From Massalongia carnosa (lineage: Eukaryota), in the NCBI GenBank assembly GCA_965645245.1, contig OZ287074.1, positions 868,001-932,000 of the forward strand: a stretch of 64,000 nt of DNA, written 5' to 3'. The first letter of the stretch is position 1. Each line of letters starts with the position of its first letter. Under the pieces are notes generated by a model, which worked only from the letters and a program-made list of their open reading frames with translations, made no database searches and was not told where the DNA came from. Below, piece by piece: positions 13,160 through 25,022 of the stretch. The position numbers and the translations under genes were made by a program.

Positions 13160-16100
13160 GTTGGGTACTTTCTCACACAGCACGTTGATACGCTCCTGAT
13201 CCCCGTAACAAATCGATAACTTACGGAGTTCATGACGATGGTGTGATAGAAACCAGGTTAGCTCGACTAGGTTGATCCAATGAGGTTGGTACAGAATGTC
13301 CGTTAGCAGAATCAGTCGCAACCCAATTTCCTGCGAGACTAATGACGCACGTGTACTTCCCGCTCACCACCAACATCCTGTACCGGGGGTCCAACTGGCC
13401 GTTTCCGATTAGCTAGCGAAAGTCAATCTCCCGCTTCCCAAAACACCTCCACAAACCTGCAGATACTTGCCAAGTACGAACACAGAGTAGGTACTCCGTC
13501 CTATGCTGCAGAGCACTCTCTGTCGCTATCACCACCAAAACCTTCTTCCTCGTTTGCCATGTGCGCGATTTCTGTACCAAATAGCAAAATCTGGATTCAG
13601 CGTACTGGAGAGTTCGAAAAGGAATTCGGAGAACTGTCTCATCTGCATCATCCCAAACAGGACCTCGAACTCATGACGAAAACCGACCAATCCCCCCCGG
13701 AAGGAGGACCATACTTGCCTATTCCATCTCTTCCTTGCACAGTGGTTTGCCCTCCACCAACATGAAGCGAAACATTCCAGCATCAAGCGGTTTATCAGTA
13801 ATTGGCTAACGACCTCAATCTGCTGTGCGAATCTGTATCGTCCACAAAGTCACAACTTCTACCCTGCTGCCTGAACACTCTCGATCGCCGTCATGGACTA
13901 CTGCTCCTGAAAGGATGTTCTGCGTCTTATTTCTAGTTTCGTCTTGTGCTCAATTCTTTTCACGAGTACAGAGTAGCAGGAAATCGAACTCCCAGACAGG
14001 CAAGTGCAGCGTTATGCAACCTGCTCGATGGAGCAGTGCACCGCCTTCCTCTGCACCTCCTACCACAAACGAGTCATGGTGAACTCGATATAGAACTGCA
14101 TTCCTTTCACATCGTGTTGCTAGGAGTATCATATTCACTTTTGAAGAGGGGTACATATTTTTTCTGAGCCCCTGCTGCTATCAAGTTTCAAGTACGATCC
14201 TATGAGTCTTGTCGAGCATCAGGACTGCAGAGCTCGGCATTCGTGACGTAACGTTTACATCTCCAAAGATGCCTCACCTCCTTGTGTGAGCTAGGTGTTG
14301 GTTCCCCCTTCCCTCCCTACCGTGATCCTCGCATAGCGAAAGATGAGTAAAGCTGTCATAATCACCGGTGTGCTTGTAATGTAAGCCCTCCCAGAATCTT
14401 TGCTTCAAGCCACGTGTAGATGCCGGGTTTGATGCGGAGTCACACGCCTCCCTAGGGTGAAAACAAGCGAAGGAAAGGCTTTTGATAATCCTTGACCAAC
14501 ATCGTTGATGGGTGTTATGGTTCAGGTTGCATGAGGTCATTGGAGCACGATATACTCCGCAGAGTGATGGCTCATCCTAGCGGTGTTGCAGGAGAGTATG
14601 CTCGCAAACATACCAGAAAGTGCGCCCATCAAGAAGACGATCCAAAATGGGGTAAATGCAATTACTGGTGATGGAGAGATGAAGGCGGAAGTATCCAAGT
14701 TTCGGGGTTCGAATATAGGCCCGGTGGTTTTGCTTGTCAAGTGTGGGAGTCTGTTCATTCATCCTCAGTGGGAATCTTGAAGACACGGGAACAAGGTTTC
14801 CTTGTTGGATCTGAAATTTGAGTGATGGTTGTGTGCGCCCTTGGGGGCTGACAATACGTGATAACTGACATCTCGGGAATTGGGGCTTACGTATTCTGTA
14901 CTCGATAGCTCTTGATCAGTATCTAGGTAGTTGCTCTCATCTCTCATCATGATGGACCATACCCATCAAACCAAGCTTTTCAGGCAGTTCGGTATCTATC
15001 AATAAGGCTTTCACGCGATTGTTAGCGGAAAAGAAAGTGTGAGTGGCCATGTACATAGTGGATAGCTCCATGCAAAATGCTCGGCCTTGATTTCTCCCGT
15101 CCTTTGTTTGCTACCGTTGCGCATACTTACAGAGTACCTTATCCCAGCTAAACCTAGCCCGCTCCCCCAAGCGCCAGCGCTTCCACCTCGCCGCAACAAC
15201 TATCGAGAAACTATGTTCGGCCCTGGCCCCGGCCCTGCCGCTCCAGGACATAGTTGACGCTCCCTACGGGTATAGCCGTGCAAACGGTTTCCCCGCAACA
15301 TGCTGGCTAGCAGCATGAGATGTTCTTTGCGATACACGGGAGTAAGGATGAGCATATCCGTACGTCGCGATAACCCTCCTTACGATTGCTGCTCCATTGC
15401 CCATAGTCGCTTGATTTGCTGCTCGGCATACCTAGGCTGGTAGATCGCATTCCGCATGGAGATTAGCTAGACCATGATACGACCTTTAGTTAGGGCGAGG
15501 CCGGCCGTGCGTGCGTTGTTCAAGGCAGCAGAAACGAGTAAATCGAGGATTCGAATCCTTCTAGTCCTAGGCAACAAGAACGACGCTTTAGCGAAGGGAA
15601 GGCGGCTTGGCGAGGTGTGCAGAAAGCGAGCGATTGCTCCCATGATTCTCTTTTTACATGGTGTGTGCGCCTGAATCTTATCCTTGTTCCCAGCAGCATG
15701 ATGGGTGGAACGTACTGCGTTCCCTTGAGCTCAAACGCCCATCATGACTCGGTGTTAGTGTGTACTACAAAGTACTCGGTACGGGGTGTCGGAGGAAGAG
15801 TGCATTTCAGCCTCAGAACGTAGAGCATGAGCGATGATTGGATGAATGGGAATAAGATTTGCCGGGGGGGTGTGCGCGCTGCAGCGACTGGACGACATCA
15901 CGATCGAGTAAGTCAGAAGTTCCTGCACTTAAGCGCCGACGACTTTTCCCTGGTGTGCCTGGGTAGGAAGCGAAACCACGCAACCAACAACCGAAGAAGA
16001 TTCCAATGCTCGTCATTGGTTCCTGACCGCGAATTCAGGCAAACGCCAGACCAGACGGTGGGTTTTCAGCTCAGGTACACTAGTCGTCATTTGTAAAAGT

Positions 16101-16907
16101 GAAGGACTCTAGAGGACTCTGTATATGGCAGCGTGTGATACAGTCAGCAAACTTAGTCACAATGAAAGACGTAAATCGGTGGTGATTGGTGCTCCTTCCG
16201 ACTACTGCTTGTCAAGTACAGAATACTTGGTCAGAGTACGGATACAGAAGACAGAGTATCGAGCTACGCTGTACCGTGCATGCTCTCCAACCCTACGATC
16301 TCGCATACCTCGATAGGTACAGAGTACATGCTGACACACGAGGTTGCAAAGTACAAATGCTGAATTATGAAGGAACAATCCTCCCACAAATGAGCTCTAG
16401 TTATGCATTACCCTTGTCAATAATCGTACAATACTCCATAGGCCATCTTCCAAACAATTTTCGCCCCCAACACCAGCAAAAATTTTGACTTTTGCAGTCA
16501 ACGGGATAAGAAACAGGCCGGATCACGTGAATTGCAACGAGCTCCAAAGGTGGAGCTATGATGACATAACCGGTAAGGAAATACACTCCGTCTAAGCCTC
16601 TCCCGTCCAAGGATCGTCCGTTTAGAATCATGATGAACCTGAAACAGGACACAGCCTGCAACACCGTCAATGCCCCTCCCGATCTGGCATCGCTAAACCA
16701 GAATGCGCAAAGCTGAATTGCCTGTCCATGATTTCTAAGTTCCAGAAAATCCAGAAGAAGAAAACTCCGCCAGCTTCCAGTAATAGCTGATTCTAGCCTC
16801 CCAAGCCCATGTTGGTTTGAATGCCCTGTATAGCTCATCATGAATAATACGCAGACGGCATGTTGCTCGTAGCGCTGGCATATTCGGCGCGATTATAAAT
16901 TGGAAAA

Positions 16908-18232
16908 TTAGTGGAAGGTGTCGCTGAGAGGGGCACCATGGGTGACGAATCCGGGGCTTCGAGAGGATACGATCGGGTGCGCAACGGAAAAGTTGGTCAA
17001 TGACCACCGCGCAGGAGTTGCACCTGAGCCTTCACGGATTCCAAGCTCCAACCGCTTGGGGCAACCATCTTCTGTATGTCTGCGCACGGGATTAGAACAT
17101 ACAATCTCGTCGAAGAGGAACCTAATGCCCACCTTCTCAGCGTGTCCCGACGAGCAAATCGATTGCCGCATAGAGGACATTGGTGATTCTTAGCTTTGAG
17201 ATGTACCTATTTGTCCCATCAGCACTGCCTGAAATACCGGAGAGCCTCAGGTCCTACGCTATCATTATGTCGATCTAGGTCTGTTTTTCGTTGGAACTTC
17301 TTGCTGCAAGGGGTATTGCCCACCATTCCAGTGCAAGGATGAGGATATTTGCGGTCAGGATTATGCGTTTCCATGTGAGACTTCCAGTTATAGCTTCTTT
17401 TAAAGAGTTTCCCGCAAACGCGACACTCGTGCGTAGCTTCCTCCAGGGTGGTTCGTCGGCGCTTCTTTTTGATGCGGGTATCCGTAACGCTCGGCAGAAT
17501 CGCTCGGCCATCAAATCTCGGCAAGTGAGGCTCATCGGTGCTGTGTAAATCAATCGGGTAACCAGGCGCGGCAGGTTTCGACCAACTGCTCTGTTGAGGC
17601 CGGTAGATGTTCTCTGTCGGTGCGCTCATGGGTGAAAGGCCCTGCGAATAGGGCGATAGCTCTTGGTTGATGAGGCCATGCGCACTCCCAGGGGAGGGAT
17701 ACCATTCACTCGGTTCCTCCACCTTCACCTTGGGCGTGAAAAGGAAGTCGGATTCATTTTGGGAGAAAGAGTCGGAAGGCGAGTACGAAGAGGATATTGA
17801 GGATCGATGCGAAGGTAGGTTTGAGCCTGGGGGGGGCGAATGGCAGAATACTAAGCCTGGGGCTTCTGGTGACTGGCAAGTCATCATGCCCGTATTAGAA
17901 GCAGTAGAGTAGCCGGAAAAGGGATCATATGCTGCGGTAAAAATATCAGGTGGTTGCGATGATTGTGGGAAGTCCGTTTCCATTAAGGACGAGTGTGGCC
18001 AGCTCTCTGAAGGCTGGGGAGAAGGTGGCATTTCATGAACCGTGCTTTGCGGGTGAGGAAGATCGCATCCAAAAACTCCCAGACCCCGATGCTGCAAGGA
18101 CCGTGTCGTTGTACTCTCGGATTGAGGCGTCGCAGCGGAGTAGTAGGGCCGCTGAGACGATAATGAATGTTTAGACTGCTGGTCGTAGGGAGAGATAGGT
18201 GACCGAAGAGATTGAGGAGTAAGATTCATCAT
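16908..18232 (-). CDS. C2H2 zinc-finger transcription factor, 3 exons
   Basis: Ser/Pro-rich N-terminus and a KKKRRR NLS. Fingers are CRVC..HMETH and CTGMVGNTPC..HNDS|VH, then CPLC..RRDTLR|RHTEDGC after splicing (first intron 17207-17257). Confidence 0.9.
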
Positions 18233-19577
18233 GGCTCAAGGTCTACTGGCTGTTGGAGGCTTATCGGGGATGACAACGCCAACTGTGGACTCGAGGCCAG
18301 GGCAGGATGAACAAGGCAATGAAAGCAACGAACAACCAACACCGAGTTGAAGTATAGATCAGGATTATCTAGTAAACAAGTATGTTTGCTAAGAGACAAC
18401 AGGTGAGTGATATGTTGGGATAAAGATGGTGATTTGTTGGTGGGGGAGCATCAGTAATATAGTATAGCGGAAGGAATGGGGAGAGGGGGGGTTGCTTGTG
18501 GTGGGGTTTAAGTAATGAAAGTCGAAGATTGTGACATTTACGACAAGGCAGAATCAGGCTATCATAAAGAGAGATAAGCTATAACAGGATACTTGTTACG
18601 GTCTGTGACAAGCATTCGAGATATCCAGGAGACTCAGCACTGCCGAGCTGCCATGATGAAGTAAGCTGCTGTAACGAGGTGTTTGGAGAAGAATTGTGTC
18701 GCGGAGAGGGAGCTAAATGATCGGTATTAATGGCGAATAATTTATGGAGTTATGCTGGGTATTAATAACTCATGGGACAGATGAAAAAGCAGAGAGTAAC
18801 CTAATTCAAAAGAGGATTAAGGAAAATTCAATCCCTGCTTAGAATTAAGGCAGTTAGCTGTAAAGACGCATCCGCCTTAACTCACCCAAAAGTTCCCAAG
18901 CTTTGCTTCTGTACCTTGACCTGAACGTGGTTTAGTTAACGACGTCCAGTTAGGTAGGTTACCTTTAGGTGCATATTCTTGTGAGAATGGGATTAAGCGT
19001 GTTTCCCAGGTCCAAGGTACAAGCTACCAGACCAGGGGTTCCCGCACTAGCTGCATTAGCTGTACTCTATTCCCTTTACCTTGTTGTATTATTACTTCAT
19101 ACGGTAGCTCTGTTTCGATGTGACCACCTGCATGACTTCCCCTTCCACGATTCGGTGTATATACCTAATCCCAGTACTCAATAGCTCTAATAGCTCATAA
19201 AACTAACAGGTGCGGTCATAGAATTAGGTAACACGAGCATGGGAAATTGCAAGGACGGATCACCATCGACGTCAATATCCTGGTCCCAAGATTGTTTCGT
19301 TGTTCCTAAGTTAATATGAGGCAGGATACATCTATTCATCTCACAAACTGTAATCTTTACCAGAATTTTGGGAGATAGCTTGCTTCATATAAATATTATC
19401 TTAGATTGACACATTCTCCCCAAGTAGAGGTCTTCGTTGATCCTTTTGGATGAGGGAGACCCAAAGTAACAAACCACAGATGACCTGCAGATTTTTCTAC
19501 TCAAAGCGATTCAATAGAAACGTTGCCAAATTTTCACCTCTATGAACTCGTTTTCTTAACGCAGGGGCTCGTACATA

Positions 19578-22500
19578 TCAAGCAGTTTCGGGCCCCTTGT
19601 GCGGTTTGGAGATTTTCCGGTTGAGGTCTTCAATCTGCATGCTCAAGTGTTCCATCATGCTTTTGAGTTCCACGATAGTTTCCACGTCACTGCCTTTTGG
19701 GGTTGGCTCTTCTTTGCCTGGATTTTTAGCCAACAGGGACGCATCAGACCAAGTCCTAAGGGGTGGATGTCGTGCGGCTTTGTGCATAGATTGACCATGA
19801 CCCGCAACTAGGGGTCGTTTGTGTGAACGCGATGCGGACCCTGAGCTCTCGCCGCCGCTGGTAAGGTATCGATTGGTGCCTTCATAGGCCCAGATGGCAG
19901 CTATGTAGGGAAAATGCGTTACTTTTAGGAGTGCGATGCGCGCGCGCCGTAGTTGCTCCGCTGGGATACAGAGTCTTAATGGGCGAAAAAAGACCAAAGG
20001 TATCAGGTTCTGTAAATGCTAATATCAGTATACGCTATAAAACTAAGCTTAATTTCCGAGTTCTGAGGTACGATGGTGGCAAGTCAGTAGAGCCTACTCT
20101 TCAAGAACTCGCCAACCGTAGTCTTAGGTGGTGAGGCATTAACATATTGTTCGTGTATGTTTAGCTAAAGTTCTGGATATAACACCATCAAAGCCAGTCA
20201 CAACTTACGAAAGGAGGAAGATAATAGGTTAAGCGCCGAGATGCGGATGCCTTGGTTATTCGTTAATGGACTCAAAAGCCATGATCCCCTAGTATCATCA
20301 CTAACCTCGAGAACGAATACGGAATACCTCAAACACGAATAAGCACCGTCTTGAACTGAACCTCCCAATTCGCGATACTTACTGAAACAGGTATTCTTCT
20401 CGGGCATGATCCATGACCTATCAAAATCAGCCCTGACCTGCTCAGCACCAATCCTGCCTGAGCATTTGTGGTTAAAGGCACAGCCTTTCGGAGCGCATCG
20501 AGATGCTCGGTTTAAGCGGCTTTAACAGCCGCGGCTAAAGGCACGCACCTTGGTGAGGCTTTGGCTAAGAATGGCAACGAGCGAGGTTAACAGCAATATG
20601 TTGGTTAATATCACAAAGCAGAGCATCAACTGGTGATTGGCCAAAGTAGAGTTAGCAAGCCACATATTTCCAAAACGTGACTGGCCGTCTATGTACAGAT
20701 GCGGCGCATACCGTAGGGCCAAGTGCAGTTGAAATCTGGGAAAGCCATTGTCCAATCAGCGATGAGATTTGCCACTTTACGAGAAAAAATGTCTTGGCAT
20801 TCAAACCTTAGATGCGATGTCCTGCCCGCAGCTTCCCGTTAACATCATTCGCACCCCATAATAAATTGCTCAAATCAGGTAAGTAGGTAAATGATAGTTT
20901 ACTCACGAATCCCAGGTAGCTTGACCTACACCGCTTGGTTAGCAATGGAAAATCCTAATGAAGCCGGAAGGGCGAGTCGTCTCAGCCCCACCCAAAAAAC
21001 ACATTAATCATCATCCACCAAATCTGACTGGCCTTGAAAGAATCCCTTGCTAGCATCGTAAAAGTAGTGAGGAAGCCTTGTCATAACAGTGATTAGCGGT
21101 TTCGGACTTATTTGAAGTGAAAGCATCTTGTACCGAGGAACAAAATAATCACAATACCAAGAAACTTGATGAAATCTTTCGTCTAAAGGTAACTCCACGC
21201 AGACTGGTCAGTGTGGCAGACTGGAGCAATTCGGAATATCCGAAAGCTCGTACCATTTCCTTCAAGCATGGAATCTGCCATAGATAATTAGCCAGCTACC
21301 CCATGTAGACGTATACGTAAGGGCTCCTACAAGAGTGCCAAAGTATGGATGAAGACTCAGGAGAGAACAAACTCGAGGTACTAAGAATAGTGCTTCGAGT
21401 GAGAGTATGTCAAACGATATGTCCACAATGTGACTGTTACACTTGAGCAAGCCTATGACTCCTAGTAATCATACATGTCAGCGCCGTGGGAACTCCTGCC
21501 CTGCCGCAAAAGCCGAATAGACAGTCGAATCTACTACTGCAACTCCGAAGGCGGCTTGCAGAATTGAGACCAACATGCCACGAACATGGGCCACATACTT
21601 GATATCAGGAACGCAACCCCAATCCCGACAATCCCTATATCCCACAGGCTCCAGAAATCTGCGGCGTAGAAGAGTGTACCAGCATCCTGAAACTCTCCAA
21701 ATTCGTCATATGCAAAAGCTGCGATCCAAATATAGAGCAAAACTTCGACGACAGTAATTTCCTGTAGATTTCGTTCAACAAGAACAGCGTAATAGAGGAC
21801 CAGAAACATGGCGAAGAAAAGAGCCTCAAATATCTTCTGATACTTGGGCACCCGAAGACGACAGTAAGGATCTGCTCGCCTGTAAATGTTATGGTTAGCT
21901 TCATGAATAGCCTGGCCGCTTAGGTACGCTAAAGCAGATTATAGGCAGATTCTAAGACACGAAAACCCATACCTTTCGTTATACACCTGGGCCTTTTTTT
22001 TGGAATATACGCTGAGAGATTCCCAGAAAACTATATCCCCGGACCAGATACCGGTTATAATCTTTTGCACCACACGCTGGCTAAGAAAATTCTTCGCATC
22101 TGCGATTGCAGCAATCTCCAAAGCATTCGACCCTATGAAAGGCAGTGTTAGGTCATCGTCAAATGAGTGCAACATCCCATCTGAGGAGGGCGGTGAATCA
22201 TTTTGGAACTTCATTGTCGAAAGTCTTCGATCCCACAGAAGAGGACACCGCTCATCACTCGGGTTTTTGATCAGGCTTCTCGCAGAACCGTCGCCGTTAG
22301 TTTCGCTTTCTTCAACGTCGTACGGTCGTTCAGGGCCAGCGCTACTAGCAGGAAGCTCCCCCAACAGGTAGTCAATCAACTCATGATGTGATAGATGGGT
22401 CAGCAATCTCCAGGCAACGAACTCGCATGCATAGCCTCGAGTCTCGTTGATTCCGTGATCATCATGCTCAATTGAAGCAAAATGCCATTTGAGGATCCTA

Positions 22501-22847
22501 AACTTTAATCAGCTAACAGCAGTTATGTCAAGAGTAAGATAGCTTTCAACAGTAATGCCGAGATGATTCCAGGGTGGTAGCACGTATCAGATAAAGATTT
22601 TACTAAGGGCTTCAGTATGTGCCCAGCCGAGGCCGTCCTAAGCTGGTCGAAGGTATGAGGGGTTTCAACCGCCTCAACGAGGTATCTAGGATGTGTTTAA
22701 CAGAAGCGCCAGCTCAGTCCTGCTCGAAACCCACAAAGAAAGTTCGCTAATAACATTGATTAACCGCTCATCCGCGCTAAAAGTTGGCAATTTGGGAAGG
22801 CTCTCGAACTGGCTTGTATGTGGCATTCCTAAAGTTATTCGAGGCAT
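19578..22847 (-). CDS. Yvc1-like TRP-family non-selective cation channel, many exons
   Basis: Exons encode ELIDYLL, NALEIAAIADAKNFLSQRVVQKII..IWSGDIVFW, RVPKYQK, FWSLWDIG, LFLVPR..LSLHPYFGTL and the pore region FFGSSYLGF followed by ILLLTSLVAILS. The start ATG (22847 or 22826) is uncertain. Confidence 0.85.
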
Positions 22848-23105
22848 ACGCAGAGGTTGTAGGCCTGTAAATAGTAGTTTTTAGGAAAATCATAGAAGGT
22901 GGATTAGAAATCAAAGGAAGGCCTCTATAGACATATGTAATGGATGCTGTGCTATTGTGAACGTCCAGAGTAGGATAACATAGAATCTGCAGCAGGGATA
23001 TCATGCGCCACATCCATGGGACAGATCCTAACGTTAGCGCAGTTTACGAAACACAACTTTGACTCGGAAACATATCGATGTCATTGTTTACCTAGCCCGT
23101 CCGGA

Positions 23106-23565
23106 TGTTAAAAAAATGCTGATAATCGATCTCATCGTCTCTGCATCATTTACTCGATCATCTGCGAACCATCTAAATAACAACTACTCGATCATGTATT
23201 TGATCACTTACTACATCATCTGTCTACATCATCTGTAGATGAACATTTAATTCACGAAGAAATGTAACGAAACGTCGTTATGAAGTATAGCGAGTTAGAT
23301 TCGAAATACTAGACATCTCTGAGACGCGTACTGCAAATTGTATTGTCGTCTCCACGAAAGACAGTTGTCCTTCTATCGATCAATCATTTTTGGATTGTTA
23401 TTGTTAACATAAAGAATCGCATGATATGACATGTATGACATAAAAGTTTGTTCTTCATGTCACTTAGTTTTCCTATGTTAGATTGATTCGCTTAATTTAA
23501 AGAGTTATTGAATAGGAAGATCGTTTAAACTTTTTGTATGAATAACAGTCAGAGTATGAATAACA
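23106..23565. mobile_element. degenerate solo LTR (460 bp)
   Basis: The termini are TGTTA...TAACA, flanked by CCGGA and CCGGT (near-perfect 5-bp TSD). The interior is abruptly AT-rich and CC/GG-poor, with small internal duplications. Confidence 0.7.
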
Positions 23566-23726
23566 CCGGTTACACCACACAGTCTTTCCCATCTCTACAC
23601 TTGCCTCTTATCATGGCATCTCGTACATTCATGCAGTCGTCAGCATATCTTCGCATAGCCATTACATCCACGTCTTATGCCTGAAATTTAACCTACATGC
23701 TAGCAAATTCGTTACCATACCTCCTC

Positions 23727-25022
23727 TTAAATGAAATCACCGCCCCCAAACCCACCAAAAGGATTGGGTGGGTAGGCACCTCTAGAGCCACCGCCACCAG
23801 GAAAGCGTGGGCCTCCGCGCAGGTTCGGAGGGCCATCTCCAGGACCAATAGGATCGTATCGCGCTCCCGGTGGTGCTCTAGATACACCTGGAGTTAATAA
23901 GGGAGACATCGATTAGATAAAAAATACTGAAAGAGAGATATACCGGCCGTCATAGATATTCGTTCCTGGCCCACCACCGCCCCTAAAGAGAGGATCGTCA
24001 AACGTAGGATGCATTCCTCCACCACCAACACCACCGCCTAGACCAAATCCGCCACCTCTTAGAGGGTCATGTGGACCTAGTCCAGGAGGGTACAAATCCC
24101 GCTCGCCAATATTTAGCGGTCTTCGTTCTCCGCCTATGCCACCCCTTAGAGGTCTACGGAGCTCGTATTCGTCCTCAAACCCCGGTGGAGGAAATTCGTC
24201 TGCTGGCAGAGGTCTTTGGGGTATTGCTGCAAGAGGGCCATCAAATGGTCGCGGCTGAGCATAAGGGGGCAAACGATCGTCATGAAGCGAATCGTGTTGC
24301 GGAATGGGTTCTCCTTCTCGGTTGGGGACAGGCTGTTGGCGTCTCTCTCGTTCTTCGGTCTGATTGGCAGCATGGGATGTTTCTTCATGATAGCCTTCCT
24401 TGTGAAGGCCAGGCGCCAATTTTTGAATGATTTGGATTTTAATCAATGACCCCAAATCAGTGAGACGACCTGGAGATATGAAAAGGTCTTGGAGAGCACC
24501 AATTTTCTGAGCTTCATCATTGCCAGACACTACTGTGAATGGGAAGGAGGAAGCAGATATAAAGTCTTTTATGGCAAAGTCCATCATATGGACTTTGTCG
24601 TCCCCTAAACCTAGGCCATTGACCACAGCTTTCCCGCCTAGACGGCTAACCTTGATGAGATATTGTAGCGAGGACTGGGTATGGGCGTAGCGGAAGGAAT
24701 AGTCGCTCGATGTTGTGGCGTTCCATTCTTGCGGTAAAGGCTGGATATTACTCGTGTTGGAATTCGCCTCTAAATCGAGTTAATCCTCTTTGTTGGAGTA
24801 GTTTATAGAAGAAAATCAATCTGTACCTATTCGGTGATCCTCTTTAAGCCCCACCAATCTGAAGCCAACAACAAGCATGCAAGCATGGCTTAGGAGCGCG
24901 ACTGCATCAAGAGGGGTTTTTAACTGGGGCTTTGCGTCGGCAGGGAGACTTGAGAGCATGTATTTTGAGAGAGATAATGCACTGAATATATTGCCAACGT
25001 TAATACCGACATATGTAGACAT
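23727..25022 (-). CDS. PI31 (PSMF1/Fub1-like) proteasome regulator, 3 exons
   Basis: N-terminal FP-like domain (ALLSHACMLVVGFRLVG, LPQEWN, YSFRYAH) and a Pro/Gly-rich tail with IGERDLYPPG, GGMHPTFDDPLF, PPGARYDPIGP and a terminal GGDFI. Confidence 0.9.

Larger units (their letters stand above)
11645..13321 (-). pseudogene. putative host ORF or exon interrupted by the transposon
   Basis: Removing 11833-13159 plus one GTTGG joins ...INVLCEKVPN to FANPYLVQLLEETKPWFEEANE... in frame. Splice-like signals lie upstream at 13340-13415. No family recognised. Confidence 0.35.

Noticed and set aside
1..17000. Starship-like giant mobile element or biosynthetic gene cluster
   Set aside because: No tyrosine-recombinase captain, backbone enzyme or element boundary is visible in the window.
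16908..18232. assignment of the C2H2 factor to brlA or flbC
   Set aside because: The finger sequences do not match my recollection of those families, so no symbol is given.
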